Of a stretch of 64,000 nucleotides of DNA, positions 61,585 through 64,000 are shown piece by piece. Origin of the DNA: Macrostomum lignano (lineage: Eukaryota). Location: NCBI GenBank assembly GCA_002269645.1, contig NIVC01001842.1:62001-126000 (forward strand), written 5' to 3'. Position numbers and translations under genes: made by a program. Each line of letters starts with the position of its first letter. Within the stretch, counting starts at the first letter, position 1. The notes beneath the pieces were generated by a model. It made no database searches, was not told where the DNA came from, and saw nothing but the letters and a program-made list of their open reading frames with translations.

Positions 61585-63539
61585 AGTTGGTTGAGAGCCA
61601 AGTTTAGTTAGCTTTCACGGTTGGTAACAAAGATTGAGAAGTATGAATGACTTTTTATGAAGAAAAAAATGCGTATTTTTCATCAATAAAAATAGTTTAT
61701 TAAGAAATTTAATTTAATTAATTAAAATGCTAAGCTATAAACACACATTAAATTATGTCTAAATTTTATCTACTCACTTTAGTTAGTTTAAACTCATTAT
61801 GAAAATAAAAATATAGGGACAAGTATTGAGTAGTCCCTAATAGGATAACTATTTATGAGGTATTTATTTCAGTTTCACTATATAAATAATACTGGCAATA
61901 TTTATATGGACCATGCAAATGATGCTTGTCTTACTTTAAACCAAAAAATGGCCATGGTCTGTGCACTACCCCTAAGTTGTTTTTGCACTGTGGACTAGTG
62001 ATAGACCAAATATGGGTTTTTGCAAGTTTCCAAAACCAAATCCAACTGTACAAAAAATTTTTGAATCTGAATCTGAATATTTGAATATGTTTCCAAATGT
62101 AAGCAAAAAGTAAAAGGTAAATGACTGGAGTAACTATGACACTTTTAAGGAACAAATTGTTAGCAAACTCCTATCCCGGCTGATGAAATCCAATTTCCAG
62201 CTTGTAGTGCACATTTTTCTGATGGGTACAACAGTATTATCTTAGCATTTATTTGCTTGCAGTTGTATCATTGGTATTAAGAAAAGATGTGCAGCTTGAA
62301 AGCTATTGCTTACAAGTAGTATATAGTTTGCAAAGTAAAGAAATTAACAATTGATTAACAAGTTCTAAGCCAATTATCCTAGTCTTGACTTCTTTATATT
62401 TTTATAGTTCTCTACAATTGTAAGTCTTAATTATTTAAATTTATTTCTTTTTAAACTGGTAAAACTAAGTAGACATGCTTATTTAATTAGCTTAGACTAC
62501 TTGTAGAAAATCAGACAACTTTTGCAGCTTTGAAAACTTTAAATATTGTTTAAAACTAGATAAATTTTTATTTCACTTTTATAGGCCTAAAAGCAAAAAT
62601 GCTAATTTTGCTATTGAAAAAAGTAGAGAAATGCATTTTTTGCAAGTGAGATTTCTAGTTATTCTAATATCTATGGGTGCACTTGAACCAATGAGCAATC
62701 TTTGGCTCTCTTAGATGGGCTAGGTCTAATTAGCTAAGCTTGTCAATTGTATGCCCCCAAATTATCTCTAGCCTCTATATCTAAATTTGTTGTCATTAGG
62801 TTATTATACACATTTGCATTGGTTAATTAATATTCAAAAGGGAATTGTTAGCCCAAATCTAAGACATTAGTGATTTGGGATAGGCCTATATTAGTAATAT
62901 AGAGGCCTAGCTTATATAAATAAGTTCATAATGAGTACAAAAGGTATATTTTAAGTTTTGTTCTAATAATACATTCAACTAGGGGCTATGGCAAGATGAA
63001 ATTTCAAATTGCTTCCATATAACCCACCTGCTTTGCCTTGCACTTAACTAGTTTATTATATAGAATCACAAGACAATAAATAATGAATAGTTCTCTGATT
63101 CTTCTTTGATACAAATTAGCCTATTAGGCCTATAAATATAAATCTAAGGGAATTAGGCTAGGGATAGACTGATTGTCTCTAGATGCAACCTTTATGCTCA
63201 GTTACCAAAGTCAATCTATCTAGCAGAGTAATAGACTAGGTCCAAGAACCTATATAACTTTTGCCAACACATTTTCAGACACATCCTTTAACACTTTTTT
63301 ATAACACTCAAAATGTCATATGTTTCTATAAGTATAGGAAAAAGTATCAATACTGTTGGTAGATAGTGTTAGGGCTATATATCAATCTATATACTGTATA
63401 AGTACAACTAGGCCTACATGATATAATGGGATTGCAAGTTTCATAATTGCAAGTTGTAATTATATTTTGCTAGACCTTATTAATCTGTTGCTATATATAT
63501 AATGTACATGTAGGATAGTTTTTTCTTATAATATAAATC

Positions 63540-64000
63540 AGTGGGTTGACGTGGGTCGACGCCAACTGGAGAGATGGCTCAGTGTGCTTGGCTATGCTGA
63601 TGACCTTGCCCTGCTGTCCTCGACCGTCGAGGGCGCCCAATGACAGCTGGATAGGCTGGTTGCTGTTGCGGCAAGTGTCGGCCTGGTGGTCAACACACAG
63701 AAGAATGTCGTGCTATGTATGCCGGATGACACCAAGGCTGCAATCTTCTGCCAAGGCACTGACGGACAGGTGAGTGAGCTTCCAAGATGTCAGCAGTTTG
63801 TCTACCTTGGCAGTCTGGTTCCCCAACATCCGCGAGGATCTGTGGCGTCGCCAAGGACTTGCCTGGGCTGCCTTTTGTTCTATAAGGTCAGTCCTGCAGT
63901 CCAAGGCCCTACCGGACCGCCAGAGGGTGGCACTGTTCCAGGCAGTGATTGAGACTGTCATCGCGCCGGCCTGGCCTGTCCTAGCGATCTGCTGCACCGT
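63540..64000 (+). mobile_element. Decayed, 5'-truncated non-LTR retrotransposon RT fragment (RTE-like)
   Basis: LGYADDLALLSSTVEGAQ*QLDRLVAVAASVGLVVNTQK...FVYLGSLV; in-frame stop and later frameshifts; runs off window end. Confidence 0.85.

Overview
Eukaryotic (animal) genomic DNA with spliced genes and many minisatellites. The style (GC-rich exons, introns filled with tandem repeats, AT-rich flanks) suggests a Macrostomum-like flatworm, but that is inference. No prokaryotic features or CRISPR arrays are present. Host genes assembled by hand with GT/GC-AG junctions and frame continuity: JNK MAP kinase (-, 5 exons, 383 aa); an orphan 3-exon gene (-, ~283 aa); a DEG/ENaC/ASIC-family channel (-, 5 exons, ~812 aa); a C2orf50/CIMIP5-like ciliary protein (+, 3 exons, 115 aa); a highly divergent PP2A scaffold A-subunit paralog (-, 10 exons, 606 aa). 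Also two tRNA-Trp(CCA) genes. Mobile DNA: an apparently intact autonomous Helitron (9-exon, 1524-aa RepHel, with a GC-AG intron splitting the HUH motif) whose 3' end probably lies at 32605; a ~0.4 kb non-autonomous relative sharing that 3' end; two Penelope-like elements with inverted 3' copies and minimal hammerhead ribozyme cores (one is a 400-bp-arm palindrome); a small TIR element with telomere-like repeats; tRNA-derived SINE-like heads; a decayed non-LTR RT fragment. About 30 tandem arrays explain most long ORFs in the six-frame track, which are artefacts. Best leads: splicing-gated Helitron transposase, a PP2A scaffold that has lost B-subunit contact residues but kept C-subunit contacts, Helitron-carried satellite DNA, and TAGGCCTA clusters upstream of two signalling genes. 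All alignments and counts were done by eye.
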